Translations under genes and position numbers: made by a program
Shown: positions 25,200 to 37,750 of the stretch, piece after piece
Layout: every line of letters begins with the position of its first letter
Numbering within the stretch: the first letter of the stretch is position 1
The notes under the pieces: model-generated
Told to the model about the DNA's origin: nothing
The model's database searches: none
What the model saw: the letters and a program-made list of their open reading frames with translations, nothing else
Assembly (NCBI GenBank): GCA_028534125.1
Contig: CM052816.1
Span: forward strand, 65,350,001 to 65,414,000
Origin: Lama glama
Lineage: Eukaryota
Length of the DNA stretch: 64,000 nt
Direction of reading: 5' to 3'

Positions 25200-26052
25200 T
25201 CTCTTAAATTCTGATCCCATCATCTCTGCCTCCTAATTTACCTCCCTGACTCCTAGTCTGGAACTACCCTTCACTTCTCCCAAGAGCTTATGCTCCACTT
25301 TGCCACTAGGGTAATCTCTCTTAAATGCAAATCTTATTGGTTACTCACCTACTTTTTAAACTCTGGTAGCTTTCTAGAATCTATTCCTGGATACATTCTC
25401 AACACGCCACCTTGGCAGATAAGACCTGTCTCTTAACTGGCTCCTGCTTATCTCTCCAGACTCACCTTTTGGCACCTCCCCTACATCTTTCTACAGCCCC
25501 CTTCTCACCATGTACATACTGAGTTCTAGTCTTGCCAGACTATCTGCAGCTTCTTGAGTGGGCCTCCTTTTCTGCACTACAATCTCATTCTCTCCTTCTG
25601 CCTGGAGATTCCTTTACCACCCACCCTTGCCCCATCTGGTCAACCTCTACCCTCCGTTTACGTCTCAGCTCTGAGCAGATGTCGTCTCCTTGAGGATGCA
25701 CTCTTTTTTTTTTTCTGCAATTATAAAACAGAAACAGGAGACTCACAGACATGGTAAACAAACTTATGGTTACCGGAGGGGAAAGAGGGTAGGAAGGGAT
25801 AAATGAGGAGTTCAAAGATGCACTCTTTGTCCCTTTTGCATCTTGGAACTAAGGCTTCTATGTTGTGTGGGCATCCTGTGCCTCCATCCGTCATAACTTT
25901 TATCTCATTGAGCTGTAATCATGTATTCACTAGTCTCTCTTTTCCAGCAGAGTAGATTTTTGTATGGTCACAACCCAACATGCTCACCAGGTCCTATCAC
26001 TGTGTCTGGAACGTGATAGACATTTCACAATAGTTGACAACTGAGTGAGTGT
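25200..26052 (+). mobile_element. L2 LINE 3' region (interrupted by the inverted L1 at 25704-25816)
   Basis: CTCCCTGACTCCTAGTCT...TAAATGCAAATCTTATT...CCTTCTGCCTGGA...CACTGTGTCTGGAACGTGATAGAC...GAGTGAGTG. Confidence 0.6.
25704..25816. mobile_element. Tiny L1 insertion with 5' inversion (twin priming)
   Basis: Poly(T) 25704-25714 followed by a sense-oriented L1 3'UTR piece (AAAACAGAAACAG...ACTCACAGACAT...AAACAAACTTATGGTTACC...GGAAGGGATAAAT); perfect TSD GATGCACTCTTT at 25695-25706 and 25817-25828. Confidence 0.85.
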
Positions 26053-26207
26053 ATATGATGGAAAAAACCGCCTATATGAGCATTAGGCAATATAACATTA
26101 ATACATTATTATGTAATATATTATATAACTAAATATATAACAATTATATAATATAAGATCAAATATTATACTGTTAATCTAAACTCTGACACTCTCTGTA
26201 GCATCTG

Positions 26208-26620
26208 CATGTCAGTAAGAAATGCTTTTGCCTTAAGAAAACCCTACTCACAATCTCTTAAATAAATAAGTCAGAAAAGAGCTGCTGGCCTGGGTTCAGT
26301 ACAGTGGTGGAGCCAGAATCTCTCTGCTTCTCAAAATGCAGCTCCAGCCATCACATCCTCTTTCAATTCAAGAAGAGGGAGAAAGGTAGCAATAATCAGT
26401 TTTGTCTCCTTTGTCGGGAAAGCAGGGTTATTCTGGAAATAGCCATCATCCTTTCATTGATTTCTCATTGGCTAGAACTATGTCCGGAGGTCAGCCCAAC
26501 TGTAAGAGAAGCTGAGGAAACTGGTGTTTAGCATTCCCAGCCTCCAAACTGGAAATGAGTAAGAGATGACAGTTTGGAAATAGGTGTGGGGTCATTCGGC
26601 CAGTAGTGTCCCCAACACCT
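26208..26620 (-). mobile_element. Old MaLR LTR (MLT1K/L-like)
   Basis: TGTCAGTAAGAAATGCTTTTG...CAGCTCCAGCCATCACATCC...TCTCATTGGCTAGAACT...CTGTAAGAGAAGCTGAGGAAA. Confidence 0.6.
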
Positions 26621-27089
26621 TGGAACAAACCATGTTACTTCTTCTACCCTTAGGTTCCTTTTTTCAGAGTGAAGAATGATCTTTCTTCCAGAATCGATTT
26701 TCTTTCATTCTACAGTTCCCCCTATATAGAGCCCGGTCCACGGTGGAATTACCTTCTACACCAGAGAGTTAGTCCAAATCTTTCCCTCATACTTTGCATT
26801 TACAGCCCTGTCTAAGAAAGAAGCTCTTCTTTTTCAAAAGCTCCTTTGTTATAACATTCTCTCTGACAAAGGCTGAACAGTATACGCCAGACCTCCTGCC
26901 TCTGACCTCCCGGATCCCTTGATCCCTTTTACGTGTGGCAGTTCCTCAGACCGTTTGTGACAGTCATCCTGGATTCCCTACACTCCCTCTCTCCCAGGCT
27001 AAAATCCCACTGGCTCCAGTCATTTTACAGATAATTCCTTTCTCTTCTCTTACCACCCTGGTCAGCTGACACCAGACATACTCTCTTCA

Positions 27090-27560
27090 TTTACTTATGA
27101 TTCATTTAACAAATACTTAATAAGTTTCAGCCGTGCTCCAGCACTGCGCTGGTGACTGGTGATAGAGCAGACAACAAAGCAAATAAGACCTTTCCTTTCA
27201 CGGAGCACAGAGCTTACAGAGGAGTAGTGGAGGGAGGCAGAAGATAAACCCAAGGAGTTTGTGTATGTGTGTATGCATAGGTGTGTGTGTGAATGTGCTT
27301 TATCTTTGATGGTCAGGGGAAGTGTCTCTAAGACCTGATTAAGAGAAAGAACCTGCAGGGAAAAGGAAGAGCTTTTGAAGCAGGGGAGATTATAAGAGAA
27401 AGTCTCCAAGTGGAATAAGCTAGGCCTTCATGTAGGAACAAGAAGATAGTTGGAGGAGGAGAGTTTGGGGGGATGACCCTGATAAAGTGTATGGAGATCC
27501 CATCACACAAGATCCTGGAGGCCTGGGCATGAATTCTAAATGATTGTATTTAAACATCAT
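27090..27560 (-). mobile_element. L2 LINE 3' end
   Basis: ATTCATTTAACAAATACTTAATAAG...GTGCTCCAGCACTGCGCTGG...GAGCTTACAG...GATGGTCAGGGGAAG. Confidence 0.7.
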
Positions 27561-29874
27561 CTTAAAATGTGACTGGACAAAACTGAATACATGGCAGCAC
27601 ATATAGTCTGATGGCAGCGGTTAAATTGATCACCTCACTGTATAGTGAGCACTGCATTTCCATTAATGCAGGCCATGATTCCGTGACTTTTCTGGAAGCT
27701 GCGTTATACATCTGGTCCCTACTGTGATTTCCTCTTTGACGTGCATGGCTCATATGCCTGAATATTACTTGCACCAGAGAGGGAGTAGGTGGATGTGATG
27801 CAAGGAGTTATTAAAATGATTCATATCACACTTCCACCATATGAAAAATAATATATAGTCAAAAGCCACCCAGCTTGGGGAAACCTAAATTATATATTTG
27901 AGATTCAGTCAGTCATTGAAATGAGATCATCTATATGGTCCTGCATTTCTTGAGAGCTCTCCTCCTAAAGCAAAATTGAATGATAAGAACAAAATGAAGC
28001 CAACACCTCCCCAGAAAAAAAAAGAGATTAAAAAATTGATTCACTGCAACCTGGCAGGACTTGGGGGAGAAAAAGAGCTATTGGTACTTAACTTGGCGTG
28101 AGCCAAGTAAATGTTGGTTGTCCACCTTCCAGGGACCCTTCCTGCCTTTCCTCCAGCAGCCTTGGGTTTCTCTTTGAACTGTGGAGGTCAGGTCTCAAAG
28201 CTGACAGCCCTGCTGACCACCTGCTCCATTGTCCTGCTGAACTGCAAGCATAGATGCTCTTGCAGGCAGCCCGTGAGCCCCTTCCTTCCACTAGCTCCAC
28301 GTCTGCCCTGCATGCTGCATCTGCTCTGCAGTCACTCAGGCAGCGGGGATCCTGAGGCCTCTCCTCTCCCATATGGCACTGAGTTTTGTTTTATCCCTTT
28401 CCTCTTCCCTATCAGTAGGTATTCTGGAAAGACAGCTTTATGATGACACAGCTAGCATTAAAACCAGATAAAAATAAAACAGGATGTCAATAAAGAACTA
28501 ATGATGTGTAAATGTATAATAATAATAAAAAAAGAAGAGACTTCCGTTTGCAAAGGTACCATTTTAAAATCATGGGGCTTTAAATGAAGCCGCTTTATAA
28601 ATGGACTGACATATGTGAATGTTTGCCTTTGTCTCTCAGCCATGAAAATCTCCCTGTGGACAGTGGGCTTTGAGGTGAAAGGCACTCTGTGGGCACTAAA
28701 TAGTTCACCAGAATACCTTCTCTAAGTGCTAGCCTGACTACTTTCATGACAGAAGTTTCAGGAGGACAGCTGAAAGCAATTTAGGGATCAAGGAAAGAAA
28801 TTGTTCAACAGGATGGTAATCTGACATTTCATAAAATCTAGAAGCAAAACCAAGGACAACCAGAAAGAGGAATCAGTGCGAGTCTTGTAGGAGGGAAGTA
28901 GGTGCCCCGCATGGAGGCAGGAAGGGCCTGGAAGGAATTTAGGTGATAATGGCAGTTGTCAGTCATGACCTTAGTTTAGGGGCTAAACAGCATGGTGGAA
29001 ACAGCCCTGGGCTGGAGGTCAGGAGCCCCTCATGGCTCCGCTCCTGCCCAGTTCAATGATATTTCTTCCCCTCTTTGCGTTGCCTCTCTTCTGCGCTAAG
29101 TAAGGGATGAGTCCTGGTCGGCTGTAATTCAGACTGTGTGTTGCATGGTTGATGGGTTCTGCAGTATGGGGTGTGCTTTGGGGTGGGGGGAGTGGAAAGG
29201 GAGGGTGAGCAGGCGGGGCTCTGGACTCTCTCCCGCTCTCTCCATACCCTTCTTTTTGATCAGAACAACTCTACTTTTATCTCTTTATACACTGAGTTCT
29301 TTGCAAGATCCTAATATTAAAAAAAAAAAACTTTCAATTCTTAAAAAAAAATAAAGCTTGTAGACTTCTAGATACTGAGTAAGATTCCTTCCAACTCCAA
29401 AATATTACAATTCTAACACTCTAATTAAAGTATGTAAATGATATACAACTATCTATGAATGTTAACAAATTGTCAGCATTGCTGAGCAGCAATAGTAACA
29501 CTAAAGTAAGAGAATGACTCCTAGCAAGAGAAAATATTAATGAGCAATGCATATTACTGATAAGCTGTAGGTAACATATAGTGCAAATAATAAGCACATT
29601 TTATTAATTATTTTTATTTTTCAAAAGATTGATGAACATTCATTTGTTAGGAGCTATGGTTTTCTCTCTGTTCTTGCCACAACTACATAGGAACTCTAGA
29701 ATCTGCTGAAATGTCCTTGAGGACAAAAGCAATTTTTTCCTAATTTTTCATAGATTGTTTAGGTTTTTTTTTTTTCGGATGTTCTAGAAGAATCTCATAA
29801 TGTCCAGCACTCAATTGTTTAGATATTGATTTAAAGCACTTAATCAGTGCTCAGCATCCTACCAAGTGCAGGGA

Positions 29875-30600
29875 GAGTTTCGTTCATCACTTAGCTAATG
29901 TTTCGTGAATCCTAGCATGTAATGGGCACATTCTTAGCACTTGGATTCATCAGGAAACAAAACAGACAACCCACATCCCAGCCCAAGAGGAGCACTCATT
30001 CCAAGTGGTAGATTGAAGACTTAAGACACATGAGATGTATCTCTTTCTTCCAAGAAGCTTAGAATCCAGTTGGGAAAATAAAATCTCAACAGACAACAAT
30101 TAGAGGCTGAAATAGGTGATGTCGACCCCAAGTAGTTTCAGAAGAGGCAGATGGTTGGACTTGGGTAGACCTTGGACAGGGGTAGAATTAGACAGGCAGC
30201 CCTGGCTTAGTGCCTGGTATATAGTAGTTGCTTAATAAGTATTTGCTAAGTATATAAAAAACCAGGGCTGACTTGATAGTCAATTTCACAGATAGGAATG
30301 TAATCTGGGTGATTTCTAATGAGCCTTGGTGTCAGAAGCCTTGAATTCCAGGTAAAATTTTTGAAGTCGGATGTGGGGATAGAGGTGAGCATAACATATA
30401 GAAGCAAGAGTATGACTCTGTCCCAAGAAAGCCTGTTGCAGGGAGAGGGTCTGGAAGCCGAGATACCTGTCAGGAGCTTTTCCTGTATTGCACCTGGGAG
30501 GACATGATAGCCTTTGTTTAGCGGAGGCAGAAGGGAGAGCAAGGGGCAGATGAGAGAATCAGTCGTATTTTAACGTAGGGGATACTGAGAGAGAAGAGGG
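29875..30600. mobile_element. Cluster of L2 fragments
   Basis: TTCATCACTTAGCTAATGTTTCGTGAATCC...; TCAAGAAGCTTAGAATCCAGTTGGGA-like segment; AGTGCCTGGTATATAGTAGTTGCTTAATAAGTATTTGCT; GGAAGCCGAGATACCTGTCAGGAG. Confidence 0.55.
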
Positions 30601-31919
30601 GATGAAGAAACAAGGCAGAAGTCTCAAGATTTGGGGGTGAAGAAGCTACTTCTGTTTGACAGGCCACTTAGTGAGACGGTGATGCTCAAGGGCCCAGGGA
30701 CCTGACTTTGTGGCGTGAGGCCTGGGGCTTCCACTAACAGACTACTTCCCAGTGCCTCAGTCTCCTCATCTGTCAGATGGGAATGATAACACAGTTTCTA
30801 CTTTAAAGTGTGAGTTTGGGGAGAAGTCAGTGGGCCTAATAGGTTCCAGTGCTGAAGAGGATGTCCAGCAGAGGCCCAGAGGGGAAGAGGAGCAAAGATG
30901 GACTGATGAAGGAGGGGAGCCCTTTCTGTGCCACCTCACTCCCCCCTCTGCACTGACAGTGCATGCAAGGTCATGGAGTCATATCTGCCACTCTCAAGTT
31001 GGGATGCAAGTTTCCTTGGAAACTGCTGACTTTCTGTAGAGAGCGTGGGAGGGCAGGAGTCTTGCTGGACCCTTGGGGAAGTGCCTTGCACACAATAGAT
31101 GCTAAGAAGGAAGGAAGAGCCAGGATTCAATATTTATCTAGTGAATGGTGCCACTGCCATGTGTGGGGACATTGAGAGAGTGGCCTGAGGACAGTTAGTC
31201 AAGTGTGGGGATTTGAGTATGGATTGAAACTCTGGGATTCTGGATTCTAGCATTCTGCTGGGTTTCAGGTAGCTGCTACTTTGTGTTCTGTGACAGATGG
31301 GCTGGCTAAATATTGACATGGTTGCTTGACTCGGGAGAAGAGTGGCAGCAGTGAAGGAGGTTCCCTTTGGAGGGGAGGCTGTGAATCTGGGAGTATGGTG
31401 CCCAGGAGTATCTCCCCCCAATCACCATCCCCACTGAGCTGGCTGGACTGGGGCTTTCCTCTAAGCACAAGACAAGGAGGTGCGGCTGGTTCTCATAGTG
31501 GTCTCCCTGCAGGAAGAGAAGTATGTTTCTGGTGACAGCAGTGGCTTGTCCTAGAACACGACTCGTGCCCTGCAGTCCAGGAAATGTGATACAGCTTCTG
31601 GGCTCTGCTCCAGTTTAAATTTTTTTTTAATGTCTTGTGTGATAAAGTCGGACAATGTGTGCATTCCTGCCTCTACTTTCTATCCTTGCTGATTTTATCT
31701 AAAATACCTATAACTGCCTGCTCCCAGCCATCTCTCCCTTTCTGATTATGGAAACCTCTGGGTGCTAATTTGGCACTTACACATTAACGCATCTTAAAGG
31801 GGGCAGCTGGGTGCTTTTGTGAAGAGCATTTCATCTGGTTCTCACTACAACCCTTCTAGTTACCAAGGATTATTGTTCGGTACTCATTGTGCATATTAAG
31901 AAACTAGGCCCCACACGAG

Positions 31920-32065
31920 GTAATTTCTAGAGTGATGGAAATGTTCTAAGTCCTGCGAGGGGTATAGGTTACACATATATGTGTATTTGCCAGTTTTGAT
32001 CACACGTTACACATAAGACTTGTGCATTTCACTCTGTAAATGACATCTCAGTTTTTTTTCAAAAA
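31920..32065 (+). mobile_element. L1MC/ME 3' end fragment lying within a MIR
   Basis: TTCTAGAGTGATGGAAATGTTCT...GGTTACAC...TTGTGCATTTCACTCTGTAAAT; MIR-like pieces at about 31840-31915 and 32075-32130. Confidence 0.7.
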
Positions 32066-32492
32066 TGTAAAGAAGCTATGCCAAGAAAGATTCACTGAAT
32101 TGCCAAATATCACAAAGCTAGAGGTCAAGTTGAAAGAATATTGGCAACACCTGTTTGGCCATCTAAGGAGCATGAACCTGACATAGAGGACACTTCCGTT
32201 TGCTTTTGGGAACACCTTCTGAGTGGGAGAGGAGAAATGATAGAGATTGCAGGTGATGGACGAGTCCTTGAGTGTGTGTGTGTAGAGGGAAGATAGATGA
32301 GAAAGCCAAGGTTCCCCCTAGTGGGAGAGGAACTAAAGAGAAACCAGGATGTGCAATGGGACTTTTCTCATGGATTTGTCCAGTGTCACTCCTTCTCCTC
32401 ATATCAACATAAAACACTTAGCACAGTCTGGTCATTCAACCCTGTTTGGGGTAACTCTCTCTCTTCCTCTCTCTCTTTCTCCGTGGATGCAG

Positions 32493-32498
32493 GGCAAG
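32493..32498 (+). other. Candidate 6-nt microexon (GGCAAG)
   Basis: TAAC branch-like motif at 32452-32455, 28-nt pure pyrimidine tract (32455-32482), GTGGATGCAG acceptor containing TGC, then GGCAAG|GTAAGA strong donor; frame-preserving. Confidence 0.5.
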
Positions 32499-32856
32499 GT
32501 AAGAGTCAGAATTAAGAATTCCAGCCAGTTCCCCTGTTTATACTTAGCCTTTTCATCTGTTTATAATATACTCTTACTCCCCACCCACATATTCACATCC
32601 TTGGCAGAAGAAATTATTTCTCTTATCTCTTTGTATTTATTTCTTTGCACCAAAATGATTTAACCATTATTTTCTAATTATAACTTCTGTTTTTTTCTCA
32701 CTTCAAAGAAATATATATTCATTGCAGAAAATTGAGGAGATACTGATAAGCTCAGAAAACAATAACATCAGAAAGTAGGGCTCCTTTAGAACACAGTAAC
32801 ATGAATCATAAATAATGTGCTCAGTGTTCAAACTGTGCCGCTGGTGATCATTGTAA

Positions 32857-32900
32857 TGATGGTGATGCTGATGGTGGTGGTGGTGGTGGTGATGGTGATG
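32857..32900. repeat. (TGG/TGA)n trinucleotide repeat
   Basis: tgatggtgatgctgatggtggtggtggtggtggtgatggtgatg. Confidence 0.9.
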
Positions 32901-32904
32901 ACTA

Positions 32905-33150
32905 ACACTTATACCCAACTATGTGCAAGGCACTGTCTAAGCATTTATATATATTAAATTGTAATCTTCATGACAACCTCAAGAGGTAGTATTATCCTCC
33001 TTTCTTTTTTATTTTTATTTGTAATATTTTATAGATGAGGAATCCAAGGCAGAGGTGTTAAGTGACCAGGTCATGATCACACAACAGAAAGTGGCAAAGG
33101 TGGGATATCACCAGGGAGTTGGGCTTTAGCTCTGTGGGTATAACTAAATT
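32905..33150 (-). mobile_element. MIR SINE
   Basis: ACTATGTGCAAGGCACTG...ACAACCTCAAGAGGTAG...TTTTATAGATGAGGAATCCAAGGCAGAGGTGTTAAGTGAC. Confidence 0.75.
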
Positions 33151-35023
33151 GTAACTTTGTAGCAGCTCTAGGTGATGGATAATGCTTTCCTTTATGTTTT
33201 GTGATTCTAGATTTCTTTCTCAAATAACTCACCCACATAGCGGCAGAATAGATTTCGAACCCAAGGAGTATCTACTGTGAGCAGGAATTCCTAACTGCCA
33301 AGCTCATAAACAGACCTGAGCAGACAATCACTGTTGACTTTCATATAAGTGATAAGCAACCTGCCTTTGCAGCCACTGCCCTGAAAAGGTGGTCACCTGC
33401 TCTGTCCCCACAGCGTTGCTGCAGAGTATTCTTGCTGCCAAGACTGTGACTCCTGTGGGGGAAACAGCCCCCTCAGCAAAGGATGATGGAGAAGGACTTC
33501 CCAGAACAGGGGAGGGAGAAGGATTTATTTTAGTAACATTTAAACCCCCGCTGTGCCTGCTGCCTTAAAGTGGCTGATGAACTGTGTGTATTTAAAGGCA
33601 AGTGGATTACAGAGTGTTTTGTGTTAACGAGCATACTGTTTGTCTCCTGCACAATGAAAAAGCATCTCTTTTCACTTGCAGGATTACACAGCACTGTGGG
33701 ACAAATGAAAATTCATAACTAGGTGACCTGTAATGTAAGCTCAGGAATGACTAAATAACTTCTTTCTAAATGTTTTGAATATTATCAAAAGTTATTCAAA
33801 GTCCTAGCATTATTATCAGATCCTATAGACAGGGTTAGTTTGCAGTTTCTGAAATTTGAGTTAAAAATGAGTCCCTTCAGTTGTTAAAAAAAAATAAAAA
33901 TAAAAGAATGCTTCAGTGCAGCACCAGATGGAACATTTTGTGATAAACAGTTCAACTGTTGCCTGCTGAGCTAATAGACTCTTCTGGAGAACTGGCCATC
34001 CCAGGAGGAGATCTGCAGGCTAGGTAACCTCCTTCTCTTCATCCACAGGACACTGTTAATCTTCACATCCCACGGCCACTTGGAACAGGAATGGACGTAA
34101 AGTAAAATTCAGTAAAGTCCTGGATAGGTGCCGAAGATACAAAATAGCTCTGATTAATGAATCGAGGTCCATTTCAGATCTATGACTGGAAAAACAGAAA
34201 GGCATTATCATGCTTGGAAATGTGGAACAGAGTTCGCAATTTAAATGTTACTCATGCATTTGCTAAAGCTTTCAACAGAGGGTCATTCATTGTGTTTCCA
34301 GCGTCTGAATTCAGAAAAGCCAATTATCCAAACAAATGACTAGAGGAAACAATAGTACAAATGTATTTCAGAGGAACAGTCCTCTCCCGTAATCTTTCTT
34401 ATTTGGCATATAATTTTATTTTTACAAGTTGAACTGAGGAGAAGGTGTGGTGACATCGCTCCCCTCTGCAAGGTTGATTGTACTGAGATTTTCTCTCCAG
34501 ACCCTTGCATCCAACTGGTCATTTGGTCGAAGAAAACCAACAGAGCCAACCAAGTTGATAATGTCTATTTACCACATGTAAATGGAAACTGAATTCAAAT
34601 GTTATTACATGGATAACTTCATTTCTCAGCCTCATATTTTTCCTGTCATTAGACACACTTAATTTTTTACACTTGATGCATATGGCATGGAGTATTGCAT
34701 TTAAAAAACATTTTTAATAGTAGTGTCAAGGAGCTTGCTGGAAGCAAAGTAACACACAGGTCTTGATTTTCACCCTGCAAAGCCCTGAGAGGATTTCTCC
34801 GTATTATTTTCTCAGAGTTCAGTAGTGTACAAATTATGGGAATGGATATGACTTTAAATTAGTCTGAGAATTGTTTGCAGCTGGTTCAAATTTTCTGACG
34901 CTGTAGCAATCTTGTGTTTCCTGAAATTGGTAAATATGACCTTGACATCCTTGAAGTCTCTTTTCCCGTGATTCCAGTGAACTAATCATAGCTTTGGGGA
35001 GTGTCCAGGTGGGGGGGGGTGCC

Positions 35024-35028
<5 letters not shown>

Positions 35029-35062
<34 letters not shown>
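35029..35062. repeat. (GT)n microsatellite
   Basis: Uninterrupted GT dinucleotide run. Confidence 0.95.
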
Positions 35063-35064
<2 letters not shown>

Positions 35065-35431
35065 TTGTGTTTTTATTCTTAGCAGGTAGCCAAAATTCTT
35101 TTATTTTCTCCTTTGTGGTTTACTGTCAAGTAAGGGTATTCATAATCTCCCAGGAAGCAAAACTTATCCATGCAGAAGACTTCATGGTACAAAGAATGCA
35201 AGTGGGTTTGCTATTCATGATTCGGTCTTTCTCTCTAATGTCAGCACTATTCACTGCCAAATCTGCACCACACCCAGGTAAAATGAGTCACGAAGAAGGC
35301 ATGTATGGGTCTCCACCTGGAGGGGCCCTTAGCCCCTGAGCATTCTGCCCACAGGCAGGACTCTGTTCCACTTTTCTCCACAAAGAAAAATGTTTTGTTA
35401 CACTGTGGCCTCCAACTGAACAAACTGTATT

Positions 35432-36181
35432 CTTTTTTTTTTTTATTGAAATATAGTCAGTTTACAACATTATGTCAATTTCTGGTGTACAGCATAAAAA
35501 CATACATGTATTTGTTTTCATATTCTTTTTCATTATAGTTATTTCATTATAGTTATATAGATACTGAATATAGTTCCCTGTGCTATACAGTATAAACCTG
35601 TTGTTTATCTATTTTATATATAGTAGTTAGTATCTGCAAATTTCAAATACCCAATTTATCCCTTCCCACCACCTTCCCCTTGGTAACTGTAAGTTTGTTT
35701 TCTATGTCTGTGAGTCTGTTTCTGTTTTGTAAATAAGTTCATTTGTCTTTTGTTTAGATTCTACATGTAAGTGATAATTGTATGATATTTTTTTCTGACT
35801 TACTTCACTTAGAATGACAATCGCCAGGTCCATCCACGTTGCTGCAAATGACATTATTTTATTCTTTTTATGACTGAGTAGTGTTCCAATGTATAAATAA
35901 ACCACAAATTCTTTACCCAGTCATCTGTCAATGGATATTTAGGCTGCTTCCATGTCTTGGCTATTGTAAATAGTGCTACTATTAACATTAGGGTGTATGT
36001 ATCATTTTGAATTGAGGTTCCCTCTGGATATATGCCCATGAGTGGGATTGCTGGTTATAGGGTAAGTCTATTTTTTGTCTTTTGAGAATCTCCATACTGT
36101 TTTCCACAGTGGCTGCACCAAACTACATTCCCACCAACAGTGAAAGAAGGTTCCCTTTTCTCCACACCCTCTCCAGCATTT
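35432..36181 (-). mobile_element. 5'-truncated L1 (ORF2 end plus 3'UTR)
   Basis: Poly(T) head, TTGAAATATAGTCAGTTTACAAC; peptides LFTIAKTWKQPKYP and FAATWMDLAIVILSEVSQ; TSD-like TGTATT on both sides. Confidence 0.95.
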
Positions 36182-36212
36182 GTATTTTTTTTAAGAAATT
36201 ATAGTGTCAGTT

Positions 36213-36840
36213 TATTCTTTTTATTTTTTAATTGAAGTACAGTCAGTTACAATGTGTCAATTTCTGGTGTACAGCACAATGTCTCAGTCAAGCATATACA
36301 TACATATATTCATTTCCATATTCTTTTTCACTAAGGTTATTACAAGATATTGAATATAGTTCCCTGTGCTATACAGAAGAAACTTGTTTTTTTAATCTAC
36401 TTTTATGTATAGTGGATAACATTTGCAAATCTCAAATTCCCAAATTTATCCCTTCCCACCCCTTTCCCCCGGTAACTATAAAATCGTTTACTATGTCTGC
36501 AAGTCTGTTTCTGTTTTGTGGATGAGTTCATTAATGTCCCTTTTTTCCTTTTTTTAAAATTCCACATATGAGTGATATCATATGGCATTTTTCTTTCTCT
36601 TTCTGGCTTACTTCACTTAGAATGACGATCTCTAGGTCCATCCATGTTGCTGCAAATGGCATTATTTTACTCTTTTTATGGCTGAGTAGTGTTCCATTGT
36701 ATAAATATACCACATCTTCTTTATCCAGTCATCTGTCAATGGACATTTATTTTGCTTCCATGTCATGGTTATTGTATATAGTGCTGCTATGGAGATTGGG
36801 GTGCATGTATCTTTTCAAGTTAGTGTTCCCTCTGGATATG
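36213..36840 (-). mobile_element. Second 5'-truncated L1 about 30 bp from the first
   Basis: T-rich head, TTGAAGTACAGTCAGTTACAATG; peptide FAATWMDLEIVILSEVSQKEKEK. Confidence 0.95.
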
Positions 36841-37529
36841 CAGCATTCATATTCTTAGTGAAGGGAATAATATACCAGCTCACTCTCCCAAGATTTATTA
36901 CTTTGTCAGGACAGACAGAGAATTCCTGGGATGGGGATCTGGCCTTTTAAATTCATAACCTTGATTTATTGCTTTTCCTTCTATTCATAAACATAGAGTG
37001 ATAGATAGGCCACTGCACAATTTGTTCCCCATAGAATCTTCTACCAAGTTTTCTGTCAGGCACACTAGGAAAGACTAGGTCTGTGTTGTCTAGTTCACAC
37101 ACCTCAAACACATGCAGAATCATTCTGATGATTTAGGTTGGAAATATCATGCCCCATAGAGCTGCAGTAGTTCTAATAAATTTGTTATTATTATTTACTA
37201 ATCCATTGCTCTTATAAACTTATTATTTATTTATTAATCCAACTTATTCCTTGAATGTGCATGCATACTCATGTATGCAATGAATGACAGCATACAGGCT
37301 GGAGAGAACGTATTACAAATGGGCTTGAAAAAGTTAGCAATGACTGAGCTGCAGACCCTGTGATAGGTCGTGTTCACACATACCATTTCCTTTAATCACT
37401 GTAAGCCCAGCCAGGTACCATTATCATACACCATAGTGCTGTTTGTATACTAAGTAAATGCATTTGGCTGACAGGAAGAGTGGGGCTCAAATCCAAGCTG
37501 CACTTCTTTTGCTAATCCAAGTATCCAAG

Positions 37530-37750
37530 GGGATACATCTACCCAGAAGGAGGCCATTTCTAAGACGCACCAAGTTCCCAGTGAAGTTAATGTTGTCCTG
37601 GAAATTAATATCCTCATTTTATAGGTGAGGAAATTAAAGATCAGAAAAATTGAGTTGTTTCTCAAGAACATGTATAAGGAAATAGCCAAGTAAGTCCTCA
37701 ACCCTAAACCAATATGACTCCAAAGACCTCCATCCCCCAAATTACCACTA
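37530..37750 (-). mobile_element. MIR SINE
   Basis: TATCCTCATTTTATAGGTGAGGAAATTAAAGATCAGAAAAATTGAGTTGTTTCTCAAG...TGACTCCAAAG. Confidence 0.7.

Noticed and set aside
32703..32918. ORF with a poly-histidine tract
   Set aside because: It is a translation of the (TGG/TGA)n repeat next to a MIR; no coding context.
33662..33740. Strong acceptor TCTTTTCACTTGCAG at 33681 with nearby GT dinucleotides
   Set aside because: Donors are weak and there is no convincing open frame; such pseudo-exons are common in introns.
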